From positions 2,790,001-2,854,000 of the forward strand of contig NW_027252668.1 of NCBI RefSeq assembly GCF_044704955.1: a stretch of 64,000 bases of DNA. Reading direction: 5' to 3'. Shown piece after piece: positions 1 to 12,889 of this stretch (its first letter is position 1; every line of letters starts with the position of its first letter). A model generated the notes under the pieces. It did not search any database. It had not been told where the DNA came from and saw nothing but the letters and a program-made list of their open reading frames with translations. The DNA is from Pristiophorus japonicus. Taxonomy: Eukaryota. A program made the translations under genes and the position numbers.

Positions 1-31
1 GGTTGAAACATGATTGGCGGTCGGGTTATGA

Positions 32-535
<504 letters not shown>

Positions 536-580
536 ACTCCTCCTGCCCGGGCTCCAAGCTTTAACACCAAGTGCAACAAC

Positions 581-596
581 GGCTCTTTTCAGAGCC
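581..596 (+). promoter_or_regulatory. Histone 3' stem-loop (H3) followed by purine-rich HDE
   Basis: GGCTCTTTTCAGAGCC then ACCA...GGAAAGAGCT. Confidence 0.95.
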
Positions 597-1364
597 ACCA
601 AATCAGCAAAGGAAAGAGCTGCAGCCGGCTCCACGCAAACTGTCCTGTGTACACCCCGTGCACGTCTTGTCTTGTTATAACTGGGGCTTTATGCAGTGCA
701 GGCGGTGATTATCTGGCTTTGATCCAGGTATCAATGCGAGTCAGATGCCCAGTATACCGACTGCACCCGCCCAATGTGGGGCGCTAACTATAAGATCTGA
801 TAGTGAATTGATCCCACTGCACAGACCGGAATAGATTCCAGAGAGGGGACGAGCTGCCTGCCTGTAATCTGTATCTCACCAGCTCTTAATGCGGGCACAG
901 CTCGGATACTATTTGGGATATTTTAAATTAACCATGAGCTGGAGTTGCATCCTCCTGTACGCAAATTTTAAAAAAGGGTAAAAGTCCTCATGGATCAATG
1001 TGTTCAGAATGTATATATTTCTCCCTATGGAATTATTGCCCCTATAAAAGTCAGTGAGCTCATCAACCGCTCATTCCTTTATACTCGGCTCTTATCATCC
1101 GGTTCATATTCGGCTGTCCCAACATGTTCAATGACTAGCGGTCTGACGTTCAGCTTCCGTCTGTTTTGTATTAAATTAGATCAGGGACAATTGTGATCCA
1201 CAGAACAGAAAGAAGCCCTTTCACGGATAGTGTGACACTGTTACTGAGCGTATTATGGAGACATTGATACAAAGTGTAAAACTGATGCTGTGTCTGTCTC
1301 TGTGTCTTTTCCGCTGGTGCTGTGCATGAATGTGCGATAACATGGAGACACAGTTCGGGAGTTT

Positions 1365-4145
1365 ATTTTCTATATATCTGTCTCTGCTATGTGAAGGTGG
1401 GATTTTCCCTGTACATATGTCACTGGTATGTGAGGATGGGATTTTCTCTGTGCATATCTGTCCCTGGTATGTGATGGTGGGATGTTCCCTGTACATATCT
1501 GTCACTGGTGCGTGAGGTTGGGATTTTCCCTGTAGATATGCAGTCTCCGGTATTTGAGGGTGGGATTTTCCCTGAATATATCTGTCTCTGGTATGTGAGG
1601 GTGGGATTTGTCCTGTATGGAGCTGTCTCTGGTGTGTGAGGGTGGAAATTTCCCTGTATCTACCTGTCTCTGGTGTGTGAGGGTGGGATTTTCCCTGTAT
1701 ATATCTGTCTCTGGTATGTGAGGGCGAGATGTTCTCTCTGCATATGTCTCTGGTGTGCGGGAGTGGGATTTTCTCGATATATATCTGTCTCTGGTGTGTG
1801 AGGGTGGGATTTTCCCTGTATCGTTCTGTCTCTGGTGTGTCAGGGTGGGATTTATTCTCTATATATCTGTCTCTGCTATGTGAGGGTAGGATTTTTCTTG
1901 TACATATGTCACTGGTATGGAAGGATGGGATTTTCTCTGTGCATATCTGTCTCTGCTATGTGAGGGTGGGATTTTCCCTGTATATATCTGTCCCTGGTAT
2001 GTGATGGTGGGATGTTCCCTGTACATATGTCACTGGTGTGTGAGGTTGGGATTTTCCCTGTAGATATGCAGTCTCCGGTATTTGAGGGTGGGATTTTTTC
2101 TGTATATATCTGTCTCTGGTGTGTGAGGGAGGGAATTTATCTGTATAGAATCGGTCTCTGGTGCGTGAGGGTGCGATTTTCCATGCTTATATCTGTCTCT
2201 GGTATGTGAGGGTGGGATTTGTCCTGTATGGATCTGTCTCTGGTGTGTGATGGAGTGATTTTTCACTGTATACACCTGTCTCTGGTGTGTGAGGGTGGGA
2301 TTTGCCCTGTATATATCGATCTCTGGTATGTGAGGGTATGATTTTCCCTGTATCTACCTTTCTCTGGTTTGTGAGGGTGTGATTTTCTTAGTGCATATCT
2401 GTCTCTGCTATGTGAGGGTGGGATTTTCCCTGTATGTATTTGCCTCTGGTGTGTGAGGGTGGGATTTTCCCTGTATATATCTGTCTCTGGTGTGTGAGGG
2501 TGGGATTTTCCATGCTTAAATCGGTCTCTGCTGTGTGAGGGTGTGATTTTCTATGTATATATCTGTCTCTGGTATGCGAGTGTTGATTTTCCCTGTATAT
2601 ATCTGTCTCTGGTGTGTGAGGGTGGGATTTTCCCTGAATATGCTGTGCTGGGGCCCCAGCTGTTTACATTGTACATTAATGATTTGGACAAAGGGATTAA
2701 ATGTAGTATCTCCAAATTTGCGGATGATACTAAGTTGGGTGGCAGTGTGAGCTGCGAGGAGGATGCTATGAGGCTGCAGAGTGACTTGGATAGGTTAGGT
2801 GAGTAGGCAAATGCATGGCAGATGAAGTATAATGTGGATAAATGTGAGGTTATCCACTTTGGTGGTAAAAACAGAGATACAGACTATTATCTGAATGGTG
2901 ACAGATTAGGAAAAGGGGAGGTGCAACGAGACCTGGGTGTCATGGTACATCAGTCATTGAAGGTTGGCATACAGGTACAGCAGGCGGTGAAGAAAGCAAA
3001 TGGCATGTTGGCCTTCATAGCGAGGGGATTTGAGTACAGGGGCAGGGAGGTATTGCTACAGTTGTACAGGGCCTTGGGAGGTATTGCTGCAGTTGTACAG
3101 GGCCATATCTGTCTCTGGTGAGTGAGGGTGGGATTTTCCCTGTATAGGTCCGTCTCCGGTAAGGGAGGGTGGGATTTTCTCTGTACATATCTGTTTCTGG
3201 TATGTGAGGGTGGGATTTTGTCTGTATGTATCTGTCTCTGGTATGTGAGGGTGGGATTTTCGCTCTTTGTATCTGTCTGGTGTGTGAGGGTGCTATTTTT
3301 CCTGTATATTATATATATATAATCTCCGGTATGTGAGGGTGGGATTTTCCCTGTATGTATCTGCCTCTGGTGTGTGATGGTGGGATTTCCCCTGAATATA
3401 TCTGTCTCTGGTGTGTGAGGGTGGGATTTTCCCTGTATATATCTGTCTCTGGTGTTTGAGGGTGGGATTTTCCCTGTATATACCCGTCTCCGGTAGGTGA
3501 GGGTGGGATTTTCACTATACATATCAATCTCTGGTATGTGAGGGTGGAATTTTCCCAGTAAATATCTGTCTCTGGGATGTGAGGGAGAGATTTTCTCTGT
3601 ATATATCTGTCTCTGGTGTGTAAGGGTGGGATTTATTCTCTATATATCTGTCTCTGCTATGTGCGGGTGGGATTTTCCCTGTACATATCTGTCACTGGTA
3701 TGTGAGGATGGGATTTTCTCTGTAGATATGCAGTCTCCGGTATTTGAGGGTGGGACTTTCCCTGAATATATCTGTCTCTGGTATGTGAGGGTGGGATTTG
3801 TCCTGTATGGATCTGTCTCTGGTGTGTTGATGGTGTGATTTTCACTGTATGTATCTGTCTCTGATGTGTGATGGTGGGAATTTCCTGTGTATATATCTGT
3901 CTGGTGTGTGAGGGTGGGATTTTTTCTTTATATATCTGTCTCTGGTCTGTGAGGGTGGGATTTTCCTGTATAAATCTGTCTCTGGCATGCGAGGGTGGAT
4001 TTTCCTGTATATATCTGTCTCTGGTGTGTGAGGGTGGATTTTCCATGCTTATATCGGTCTCTGGTGTGTGATGGTCGGCTTTTCCCTGTATATATCCGTC
4101 TCGGGTATGGAAGGGTGGGATTTTCGCTCTTTGTATCTGTCTTGT
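1365..4145 (+). repeat. ~39-40 bp satellite array (type A)
   Basis: Tandem units GTGTGAGGGTGGGATTTTCCCTGTATATATCTGTCTCTG, interrupted by a CR1 fragment at 2641-3104. Confidence 0.92.
2641..3104 (+). mobile_element. CR1-clade LINE RT fragment embedded in satellite
   Basis: VLGPQLFTLYINDLD...[10 protein letters not shown]...YNVDKCEVIHFG. Confidence 0.9.
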
Positions 4146-4735
4146 GAGGGAGGGAGGGAGGGGGCAGAGAGAGGAGGAGGGGGCAGAGAGAGGAGGGAGG
4201 GAGGGAGGGTGGGGGAGAAAGATGAGGGGAGGTGGGGGGGAGGAGAGGGGGGAGGGTGGGGAAGAGAGGGGGGGAGGGTGGGGGGAGAGAGAGGGGGGAG
4301 GTGGGGGAGAGAGAGGGGGGAGGTGGGGGAGAGAGAGGGGGGAGGGTGGGGGGAGAGAGGGTGGGAGAGAGAGGTGGGGGAGAGGGTGGGGGAGAGAGAG
4401 GGTGGGGAGAGGGTGGGGAGAGGGTGGGGGAGAGAGCGGGGGGAGGTGTGGGGAGAGAGAGCGGGGGGAGGGTGTGGGAGAGAGAGCGGNNNNNNNNNNN
4501 NNNNNNNNNNNNNNNNNNNNNNNNNNNNNNNNNNNNNNNNNNNNNNNNNNNNNNNNNNNNNNNNNNNNNNNNNNNNNNNNNNNNNNNNNNNNNNNNNNNN
4601 NNNNNNNNNNNNNNNNNNNNNNNNNNNNNNNNNNNNNNNNNNNNNNNNNNNNNNNNNNNNNNNNNNNNNNNNNNNNNNNNNNNNNNNNNGGGGGAGGGGG
4701 AGGGGCGAGGGGAGGGGGAGAGGGCGAGAGGGGGG
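4146..4735 (+). repeat. G/A-rich low-complexity tract flanking a 200-N assembly gap (4490-4689)
   Basis: Runs of GGGGAGAGAGGGTGGGG on both sides of the N run. Confidence 0.9.
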
Positions 4736-4877
4736 GAGGCTGGAGGGGCCGGGAGCTGACAGCAGGAATGTCTCCACCCCGTCCGCTCGCTGCCTTTAAG
4801 TTGCTCTGTGTCGCCGCCTCTCGTTTCATTTCTGGACCCAGTTCTGACTGTCAGAGAGATTTTCCAGAGTCGCCGAC

Positions 4878-5549
4878 ATGACTGATACTGCAGCCGCCGA
4901 AACGGCTCCTCCTGCCGCCGTCGCTCAAACCAGGCTCCCAGCAAGAAGAAGAAGGCGGCTCCCCGCTCCGGGCCAGCCGGTCCCAAGTTGGGTGACCAGA
5001 TCCTCAAGGTTGTGGCCGATGGCAAGGATCGAAGGGGAACGTCCCTGGCCGCGATAAGAAGGCTCTGGCGGTCAAAGGCGTCGATGTGGAGAAGCGCGGG
5101 CTTCCAGATCAGGTCCAGTATCAGAAGAATGTGATGAATGGTTCCTGAAGCAGATCAAGGGCACGGGCGCCTCGGGCTCATTCAAAATCGCTAATACGGA
5201 TCCCCAGGGGAAAGTGGGAAAGAAGGTGAAGAAGCCAGCAGCCAAGAAATCTCCAGCAAAGAAAGCAGTAGCCAAGAAATATCCAGCAAAGAAAGCAACA
5301 GCCAAGAAATCTCCAGCAAAGAAAGAAGCAGCCAAGAAATCTCCAGCAAAGAAAGCAGCAGCCAAGAAAACGAGCACCAAGGCGGCGCTAACGGCAAAAA
5401 AGGCAGCGAAAGGGCCGGCTGGGAAGAAGGCGGCGGCTAAGAAGCTCAAGAGCCCCAAGAAAGTGAAGGCGGCCAAAAAAGTGGAGAACCCGAGGGTCAA
5501 GGCCACGCCCAAATCAGCAAAGGTATGGAAAGCAGCGCCCAAAAAGTAA
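4878..5549 (+). pseudogene. H1: Histone H1, frameshifted copy
   Basis: Near-identical to the H1 at 44645. Four 1-bp indels in short homopolymers near 5056, 5100, 5124 and 5145; stem-loop at 5584-5599. Confidence 0.85.
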
Positions 5550-5583
5550 ATAAAAAGGCAACTTCTAAACATTTCAACCCAAA

Positions 5584-5599
5584 GGCTCTTCTTAGAGCC
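5584..5599 (+). promoter_or_regulatory. Histone 3' stem-loop (H1)
   Basis: GGCTCTTCTTAGAGCC-ACCCA then AAAAGAGCT. Confidence 0.9.
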
Positions 5600-6228
5600 A
5601 CCCACGCCTCAGAAAAGAGCTAATCCCGGAATCAAATAATCCCTGTCCCGGGCTCAGATTCCAGATAGAAATCATTGAAAATGACCCCGGGATCCCTCGT
5701 GACTCGTTGCCATTGGCTGCACCCCACCACGTCCCGCCCCCAGTGTCTGCACCCACGCCCCCCCTCAGTATCCTCACCCCCCTCGGTATCTGCACCGCAC
5801 CCTCCCCTCCCCCAGTGTCTGCACCTACCCCTCCCCCAGTGCCTATAATAAAACACAATAAACCACAAACACCAGATTCTCCAAATCAGCTGGAATAAGG
5901 TGTTTGTAAAGTGCTGAACCGGTCTGTGAGAGGAGATGGAATAAGGTCTGAGATTGACAGGGAACGGACTATATAGGCGGGAATATTCCTGATTGTTAAT
6001 TGTACCAGGACCTTATTTAACAGCTTCTGGTTCCTGGAAGCCTTGAATATGAATTCCGAGTCTGTAAGGGTTTGTGCGGAGCGCTGTGTATCGGTTGTAT
6101 TGTGGAGAAAACAATTTGAAATTGGCGGTTGCAGAAAGCTGGAGGTGGAGCTGGAAGATCAGAGGCGGCGCTCTGCTCTGTGTCTCAATCTTGATTCCGT
6201 CTCCTCCCCTGCCGCGCTCTCTGTTTAA

Positions 6229-6887
<659 letters not shown>

Positions 6888-7081
6888 TAGATGGTTAACC
6901 TTATAACTAAAAACATCTGAGGCTCATTTCTGATCAGCAAACTTCAAGCTTAATTATAGTGAAGTATGTTAAATTAAATCTGGGACTATTGTTATCCACA
7001 GAACAGAAAGCAGCCCTTTCATAGATACTGTGGGTGGCTTTGAAAAGAGCCTTTGGGTTATTACATTAAATCCTGTCCGCT

Positions 7082-7467
<386 letters not shown>

Positions 7468-8415
7468 TTCCACAATCCACACGTTCAGAGAAAGAATAAT
7501 AAACTGTTCCCACATCTGCTTTCTTATACCTTCTGGAGGAATGCAGGGAGCGAATTTGTGATTGGTCGCTCGGTGGTGAATTTCATTGGTCTTTCCAGGT
7601 GACCAATCACAGTCTGTTTAGCCCACCAATGAAAGTAGGGCGGAAATTACTGTCTCCAACAGTCAGAATAACGATTTGTAATTCAAAAACCCCGCCAAGA
7701 AATTTTAAAATAGCGGATTATGTTAATATAAATTCACCATTAGTCAAAGATTTCCCAACACGTTTTAATTAATTTTGTCTTTTACATATTCCCCTTGCAA
7801 GTTCCAGGCTGTTACAATCAGGATTAAATTCGGGTACTATTTCAAACTGTCGAATGGGCGGGAATCAATCCCCACCGATTCTGTAACGGGACACATTTCA
7901 ACTCAATCTTTGTAAAAGTTGGGTTTCACAGATTATCGATCCTGCAAAGGCGGGAGTGAGCCCAGAACTGGGAGTCCTTCTGTGAAACTGCCCCGGTTCT
8001 GGTCTCTGTAAGAACTCCCATTCTGGGTTGTTACACTGCGGGGAGTGTCGGCTTAATAAACGGACTAACCCGCAACAGGAATTGAAAAATAAACTTGAAA
8101 AGGGCTTGCGAGAGAGAATGTGTGACTGAAATCTGAGTCTCAGTCCCTAAACAAGCTCTTAATTTGGCAGGCGGTGTAAATGAATGGGTCTGAGAGCACA
8201 GGGAAACAGCGACCAGGGACCGTATTTGTAGTTGGCGGAAAATTCCAGCGACGTTAAAGTGGAACCGGACAGTGAAACTGATATCTGAGAATTCAAAACT
8301 AAATCTCCAACTGGAAGTGTAAAAGTTCTCAAACATACTTGTTTAGGAAATAATTACAGTAACCAGAGTGTAAAGGGAGATGCGTTTGTGCAGCTCTTTC
8401 AGAGAGGTTGTGGGT

Positions 8416-8431
8416 GGCTCTTAAAAGAGCC
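8416..8431 (-). promoter_or_regulatory. Histone 3' stem-loop (H2B)
   Basis: Minus strand GGCTCTTTTAAGAGCC-ACCCA. Confidence 0.95.
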
Positions 8432-8471
8432 GTTGTGTTTGGGGTTTGATCTGTCAGGACAGCGGGCAGTC

Positions 8472-9080
<609 letters not shown>

Positions 9081-9128
9081 CGTCTCATTAAATCAGGCGC
9101 AGATTTGGGAAATTCTGCTCCGAGCCCG

Positions 9129-9262
9129 TATTATATCGGCAGCCCCACACTCCGCCCACAGCCCTATGCTAATGAGGGATGGGTGAAGGCAATGGTTGTG
9201 AATGGCTTGTCAATATCCATTGTTCTGTATCTCTCTGATTGGATGTTTAAAGAGACCAATCA
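9129..9262 (-). promoter_or_regulatory. H2B promoter: TATA, GC box, octamer-like ATTAGCAT, CCAAT boxes
   Basis: TATAATA 9129-9135, ATGCTAAT 9166-9173, ATTGG/CCAAT near 9238-9260; similar layout at 52454-52580. Confidence 0.75.
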
Positions 9263-9574
9263 AATTTGTTGCTCGCCACAATCTCAAATTTTTGAATTAG
9301 GTCATGTGTTGCAACACCTCCTGATTTATACTCTGTTCTTTGTGTTTCTGTTTTGCTATCAGGCAAAAATCTTATGAGGAAGGTTCATAAATCTTTTAGT
9401 ATATATTCAATAATCTGAACAGCAAACTCGCTGCTCTGTTTATCGATCTGGATTTTTACATGTTCAACAGACATTGACCGGTTTATAACCGAGATTGACT
9501 GAGGGTGACTTCTGGTCAGGAAACTCCCAGTTTATCAACCGTAGGGATTTAATATCAAGTAGAGAAATAGTGAC

Positions 9575-10025
9575 CTGGATTTATATTGCTCCTTTCACGA
9601 CCATCGGACTTCTGAACGTGCTTCGCAGCCAATGAAGTGCTTTTTGAAGTGTAGACATTGTAGTAATGTAGGAACGGCGGCAGACATTTCGCGCACAACA
9701 AGCTCCCACAAACAGCAATGTGTAATGACCAGATAATCCATTGTGTTGTGTTGATTGAGGGCTAAGTATTGGCCAGGACACCGGGCATAATTGACCTGCT
9801 CTTCTTCAAAATAGTGGCCGTGGGATCTATTACATCCACCTGAGAGAGCGACGGACCTCGGTTTAACGTCTCTTCCTATAGATGGCACCTCCGACAGTGC
9901 AGCACTCCCTCATCACTGCACTGGTATGTCAGCCTAGATTTTTGTGCTCAAGTCCCTGGAGTGGGACTTGAACCCACAACCTTCTGACTCAGAAGCGAGG
10001 GTGCTACCAACTGAAGCACAGCTGA
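9575..10025 (-). mobile_element. tRNA-derived SINE of Deu/SacSINE1-like type
   Basis: Head with A/B boxes (TCAGTTGGTAGC...GGGTTCAAGTCCC); central GAGACGTTAAACCGAGG and CTGTTTGTGGGAGCTTG motifs recalled from DeuSINEs. Confidence 0.75.
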
Positions 10026-10090
10026 TAAGATTGTGATCAATAGATCAGTTTCTTCAGACAGTAACCAGCCCTTTCACAGATAGAGTGCGT

Positions 10091-10200
10091 GGCTCTGAAA
10101 AGAACCAACGTGGTATTAGATTTAATCTTGTCCATTTTACTTGCTCTTGCTGGGCCCAGCATTGGATTTCTTTGTCAGGAGCACCGCGTGGATTTTTGGC
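10091..10200 (-). pseudogene. H2A: H2A 3' relic with degenerate stem-loop
   Basis: Minus strand reads PKIHAVLLTKKSNAGPSKSK-stop (10137); stem-loop-like GGTTCTTTTCAGAGCC at 10091-10106; truncated by a CR1 tail. Confidence 0.75.
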
Positions 10201-10736
10201 TGTTCAACCATGATCCTATTGAATTGTGGAGCAGGCTCGAGGGGCCTTATGGCCTTCTCCCATTTCTTACAGCTGAATTTGATTACACCATTGTGTTAAG
10301 TGATTAAATATTTATTTAGACTTGCAGGTCAAGGAATTTCTCAAACGTAAGGGCTATTTACTTGACACAGCTCGACAAAGGCGCACCTAACTTTGATAAA
10401 CATATTTGGAAATATGATTTATGTGAGTGTTGTTTTTTCTTCAGTTTCTGCTCGGCGAATTTGGGTTTCATTATACACCTGTCAGCTTCGAGTGTGTGAG
10501 TGTGATTTTCACATTGTCTCGCTGTCTCTGGGATGTGTGTGTGGGTTTTATTCTGTACCTAGTCAGTTTCTGTTATGCAAATGCATGTTTTACTCTCTAC
10601 TTGTCAGTTTCTGTTATGTGAGTGTGTTTTACTCTGTCCCTGACAGTCACTGATATGAGAGTGTGGGTTTTATTGTATATTGTTCAGACTTTGAGATGTG
10701 AGTGTGAATTTTACTTTATATGAATGAAACAACTGA

Positions 10737-10965
10737 TTTTATTTAAAAGAGAAAGACTAGTAAATGTTATTGAGTGGAATCTGAGTGTCCTTGTACATGA
10801 ATCACAGAAAGTTAACATGCAGTTACAGCAAACAATTAGGAAGATAAATGGCATGTTAGCCCTTAATGCAAATGGGTTGGAGTAAAAGAGTAAAGTAGCG
10901 TTGGTACAATAATATCGAACTGAGATTGGGAGAAATTTCTTCACTCAGAGGGTTGTGAATCACTG
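10737..10965 (+). mobile_element. Internally deleted CR1 fragment
   Basis: CATGAATCACAGAAAGTTAACATGCAG...AGAAATTTCTTCACTCAGAGGGTTGTGAAT matches other CR1 copies in the window. Confidence 0.75.
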
Positions 10966-11052
10966 GAGTTGGGATTTTAACCTGCATCTGTCAGTTTCCT
11001 GTACGTGAATCGTGGTGTTTTCTGTTTTTTTTTGTCATTAATTTGTGGAGAT

Positions 11053-11115
11053 TTACTTGGAGCGAGTGTGCTTGGCCAACTCCCCGGGTAGTACCAGACT
11101 CATGGCCGTCGAGAT
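11053..11115 (-). pseudogene. H2B: Highly diverged H2B C-terminal relic
   Basis: Minus strand [20 protein letters not shown]-stop versus H2[17 protein letters not shown]...TSSK. Confidence 0.65.
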
Positions 11116-11530
11116 GTGTGGACACAATCTGTACACTCCTCACTGTTAGAGGTTGCTGCCATCTCCTGGCTGAAAGCGAGTGCTGCAACAAGTGACAATC
11201 ATTCAGCAGAACCCTTTTAAATTCCACAGATCGCTCAGAACCATGTTTATGTTCAGCTTAAACTATTGCAAAGTATTTTATTGGTCCGGCTGAAAACTCC
11301 AAACAACCATTAAAAGCAGGTGGAGGCGCTCACCCGATTGTAGTGTGAACAGTGGGTTAATCACTGAGTGTGGGATAGACATTACTGGGCAATTCATTTC
11401 AACCAAACGTGTCTTTGCAGAGACGTCTACAGTGCTGGGGTTAATCATTGAGTGTGGGACAGACACTGCCTCTGTCACTCAGCTACTGTGTGCTAATATG
11501 GGATTCACTGGTCAGTGTAGGATAGATACC

Positions 11531-12015
11531 GTATCTGTCACTGTCTGGTACAGTGTGTCAGTGTGGGATTGACTGGGAGTATAGTAAAGACACTATCTGT
11601 CACTGTCTGGTACAGTGTGTCAGTGTGGGATTGACTGGTAGTATAGTAAAGACACTGTATCTGTCACTCTCTGGTACAGTGTGTCAGTGTGGGATTGACT
11701 GGGAGTATAGTAAAGACACTGTATCTGTCACTGTCTGGTTCAGTGTGTCAGTGTGGGATTGACTGGGAGTATAGTAAAGACACTATCTGTCACTGTCTGG
11801 TACAGTGTGTCAGTGTGGGATTGACTGGGAGTATAGTAAAGACACTGTATCTGTCACTGTCTGGTACAGTGTGTCAGTGTGGGATTGACTGGGGAGTATA
11901 GTAAAGACACTATCTGTCACTGTCTGGTACAGTGTGTCAGTGTGGGATTGACTGGGAGTATAGTAAAGACACTGTATCTGTCACTGTCTGGTACAGTGTG
12001 TCAGTGTGGGATTGA
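11531..12015 (+). repeat. 62-64 bp minisatellite, ~8 copies
   Basis: GTATCTGTCACTGTCTGGTACAGTGTGTCAGTGTGGGATTGACTGGGAGTATAGTAAAGACACT repeated. Confidence 0.92.
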
Positions 12016-12061
12016 CAGGCACGTGTAAAAACAGAAAGCGATGCTTTCCCGCTTGATGCGT

Positions 12062-12134
12062 GTGATGGTGGTAGAGTGGTGAGCACAGCTGCCTTCCAAG
12101 CTAATTGATCTGGGTTCAATTCATGGCCGTAGGA
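12062..12134 (+). pseudogene. Degenerate tRNA-Gly(TCC) pseudogene
   Basis: TGGTGGTAGAGTGGTGAGCACAGCTGCCTTCCAAGC...GGGTTCAATTC matches vertebrate tRNA-Gly-TCC; acceptor and T stems are broken. Confidence 0.75.
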
Positions 12135-12444
12135 TCCAGTCAAAATTTAATCCACTTTCTGTTTGGGATATATAAGTGAGTGTTTTAATCAATACCTGTG
12201 AATTTCTCGTTTGTGAATGTGGATTTTAATCTTTACACACATTCTCTGATTATTGTGGGGGGTTTCTATGTACTGTATTGGAACCGGGTTTGTGATTATG
12301 GACTTTATTCTGTATCAGCCCCTCTGGTATGTGATGATGACTTTTACTCTGTATCTGTCAGTGTTTGATATGACAGTGTGTTTTATTCCATACCAGTCCT
12401 GCTCCTATTTTTTATGTTCTTATTTTTATTATGATATACAAGTA

Positions 12445-12615
12445 GAAAAGCAAAATACTGTGGATGCTGGAATTGGAAATAAAAACAAAAAATGCTGGAA
12501 ATTTCAGCAGGTCAGGCAGCATCTGTGGAGAGAGAGAGAGAGAGAGAGAGTTAACGTTTCAGTTCGATAACAAAGGCTCATACACCTGAAACATTAACTC
12601 TGTTCCTCTCTCCAC
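12445..12615. mobile_element. Probable Penelope-like terminal fragment with (GA)n
   Basis: AAATACTGTGGATGCTGGA...CAGCAGGTCAGGCAGCATCTGTGGAGAG...GTTAACGTTTCAG; related piece at 26148-26240; family assignment is from memory only. Confidence 0.5.
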
Positions 12616-12889
12616 TTTTATTGATATGGAATAGAGGGGAGTACTCTGTATCTGTCATTTTCAGCTTTGCGATGGTAGGTTTTAGTCTGTTTCTCTCAGT
12701 CCCTGGTACGTGAGCGTCGCTCTGTATCTATTGGTCCCTGGTATGTGCATGTGGACTTTACTCTGTATCTGGCAGTGTCTGTTATGGGAATCTGGATTTT
12801 ATTCTGTACTTGTCATCTTCTGATTTATTAGTGTGGGTCTTATCCTATAACTGCCAGTTTCTACCTAATTCAGAGATGGTTTTCCTTTG

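Noticed and set aside
3657-5025. Pro-rich and Gly/Glu-rich ORFs across the gap
   Set aside because: Low-complexity G tract plus N run.
9955-10025. tRNA gene (also at 53270-53340)
   Set aside because: It is the tRNA-derived head of a SINE, followed by a SINE body.
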